Positions 35,652 to 37,112 of a stretch of DNA of 37,112 nucleotides are shown piece by piece. The stretch is taken from positions 1-37,112 of the forward strand of contig JAJRVN010000035.1 in assembly GCA_024277325.1 (NCBI GenBank), given 5' to 3'. Every line of letters begins with the position of its first letter. The first letter of the stretch is position 1. Source of the stretch: Patescibacteria group bacterium. GTDB taxonomy: Bacteria; Patescibacteriota; Microgenomatia; JAADGY01. The position numbers and the translations under genes are program-made. The notes below the pieces were generated by a model. The model searched no databases. It was given only the letters and a program-made list of their open reading frames with translations, and was not told the origin of the DNA.

Positions 35652-37112
35652 ATGTCCATTAAAACAAGGAAAAAGATTTTATTCCTAATTTCTTTTACAT
35701 TAGTGTTTGGTTTATTTGCCGGTTTGATTTTTGTAGATAAAAGTCTGCGCCGACCGGCAGAAATTATGATTTCATCGCCAGCCAAGAAACCACCAACCGG
35801 CCGACAACCAACGGTGTTTAATCCAGATTATAAATACGGCATGGATATTTTTGGTCCAAGTTGGCAGTGGGTTCTTCCTCGCCAACCTAAGGAAGGAGTC
35901 AATAACCCACGCAATTATGCTGTTTGGCGGTTGTTGGACAAGCGGTTGGATTTAGACAAAGTCAATTATGTTTTGTACAACTCAGCCAAAGCCGGAGTGG
36001 CCTGGAACCGCTTAGCGATTAGGCCAGGCTTTATCAAACTGCCTCAGTCGATTTATGAAAAAGAGTGGTATTGGGACGATCTTGACGCTATGGTTGATTT
36101 GTCCCGGGCTTACAACATCAATGTTGTCGGTTATATCATGGGCTCGGTTTGCACCAAAGGCCAACTGGAAGCTAACATAACCAAATGCCTTAATGATTAT
36201 TATAGGCACCCGCCGTCAAGCCGAGAGTGGAAGGCGGTTTTGGAAGCTATTTTCAAGCGCTACTCGTCTCCGGGAAAAGAAAAGATTTTATATTATGAAA
36301 TCTGGAACGAGCCGGATATACCCGATTTTTTTATCGCCTCAAGCCAGGACAATAGAGCCAAGGAGTATTTGAGGTTGTTTAAGGAAGCTGTTGAGGTTAA
36401 AAACCAAGTTAATCCAAATATCAAGCTCATTTTTGGCGCCATCAGTGATGCTTCTAGCCGCACCTTTCTTAATAACATCTTCAAACAACCAAACGCCAAG
36501 AATATCGTTAAACAAGCTGACGCCGTTTCATTTCATGCTTACAGCAACTACACGGTTAAACGAGATATAATCTCCATAATCTTGCGCCAAAACGGCATTA
36601 ATTTGCCCTTATGGTTAACCGAAATCAACAATGAATACAAAGCCAAGCCAACCAAGTCGTGGTTTCAACAGACATTTCGACAAATAAGATTAAAAGGCAA
36701 CCAGCCGGTCGTTGATAAGATTTTTTGGTTCCAGGCCACAACCAGCGGTTGGGGTCCCGGGCTGTTTAACAAGCCGGGCCAAAGATGGGAAGATACCGAT
36801 TATGCAATTAATAACAAAGATGATTTTTACAATCAGTTTAAGCAGAGTTTGAACCAATCGGTTTATACAGGACCATCCCTTGATTGGCGCAACCTTTTAA
36901 GTACAGGTCCTCAAATTAATGTCATTGTTACCAATAGATCTCTAGGCTTGTTTTCGACTGATTTATTAGGCCACAACACTAATCCCAAGATCAATTTTGA
37001 CCAGCCTTTTTATCTGAATCCAGCCAAAGCTTTAAAACCTGGCTTAATTAGAATGTCAGACCACCCGTTTATATGGCGAAGGGACATTAACGGTGTTATT
37101 CCTTGGTTTACA
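35652..37112 (+). CDS. Membrane-anchored clan GH-A glycoside hydrolase (GH39/GH5-like), 3'-truncated by the window; absent from the ORF track
   Basis: Manual translation is open for 487 codons to the window end: MSIKTRKKILFLISFTLVFGLF (anchor), YEIWNEPD (acid/base), DAVSFHAY, PLWLTEIN (nucleophile). Confidence 0.85.
   Translation, partial: MSIKTRKKILFLISFTLVFGLFAGLIFVDKSLRRPAEIMISSPAKKPPTGRQPTVFNPDYKYGMDIFGPSWQWVLPRQPKEGVNNPRNYAVWRLLDKRLDLDKVNYVLYNSAKAGVAWNRLAIRPGFIKLPQSIYEKEWYWDDLDAMVDLSRAYNINVVGYIMGSVCTKGQLEANITKCLNDYYRHPPSSREWKAVLEAIFKRYSSPGKEKILYYEIWNEPDIPDFFIASSQDNRAKEYLRLFKEAVEVKNQVNPNIKLIFGAISDASSRTFLNNIFKQPNAKNIVKQADAVSFHAYSNYTVKRDIISIILRQNGINLPLWLTEINNEYKAKPTKSWFQQTFRQIRLKGNQPVVDKIFWFQATTSGWGPGLFNKPGQRWEDTDYAINNKDDFYNQFKQSLNQSVYTGPSLDWRNLLSTGPQINVIVTNRSLGLFSTDLLGHNTNPKINFDQPFYLNPAKALKPGLIRMSDHPFIWRRDINGVIPWFT

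Noticed and set aside
545-36499. The many 60-130 aa ORFs in the track that are antisense to or nested in larger genes (e.g. 845-1195, 6620-6997, 8309-8665, 14287-14685, 35579-35785, 36012-36209, 36293-36499)
   Set aside because: They shadow well-supported genes, including the untracked GH gene, and show no recognisable motifs
1-37112. Wholesale stop-codon reassignment (code 25 TGA=Gly, code 15 TAG=Gln, or TAA/TAG=Glu)
   Set aside because: Conserved genes end at expected positions with all three stops (TAA: dnaK, hrcA; TAG: dnaJ; TGA: sufB, pduO), and only two internal stops were seen

Overview
A gene-dense, mostly housekeeping bacterial region. By gene content it most likely comes from a Patescibacteria/CPR (Microgenomates-like) genome; this is inferred from tRNA-Ile(UAU), a short ValRS, a lone VirD4-like ATPase, a PEGA-SH3 lipoprotein and an archaeal-type ATP-dependent ligase. 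In order it holds: the 3' end of class II ribonucleotide reductase, a dCTP-deaminase-like protein, a PduO cobalamin adenosyltransferase, a VirD4/TraD-like ATPase, an FtsB-like protein, tRNA-Ile(UAU), VanW, a UvrD helicase-nuclease fusion, Nudix, PAP2, a DUF5678-like/retropepsin pair, HPF, valS, EamA, CIRCE-hrcA-grpE-dnaK-dnaJ, sufCBD, purA, a pseudo-Fic-wHTH, DNA ligase, trxA, mtaB, a 7TM plus ATP-grasp-protease pair, mnmA, and a glycoside hydrolase that runs off the window and is missing from the ORF track. Most notable: (1) single in-frame stops (TAG, TAA) in otherwise intact ligase and mtaB, both at positions compatible with a Glu codon; (2) a -10 box 5-8 nt before the ATG of about 11 genes, implying leaderless mRNAs, including one palindromic -10 shared by two divergent genes; (3) a candidate ~50-nt hairpin RNA with its own promoter; (4) tRNA-Ile with anticodon UAU; (5) a Dcd-like protein whose active-site motifs are split between two halves; (6) the ATP-grasp/retropepsin fusion with a 7TM partner. 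All family assignments come from motif recognition by eye; no searches were run.
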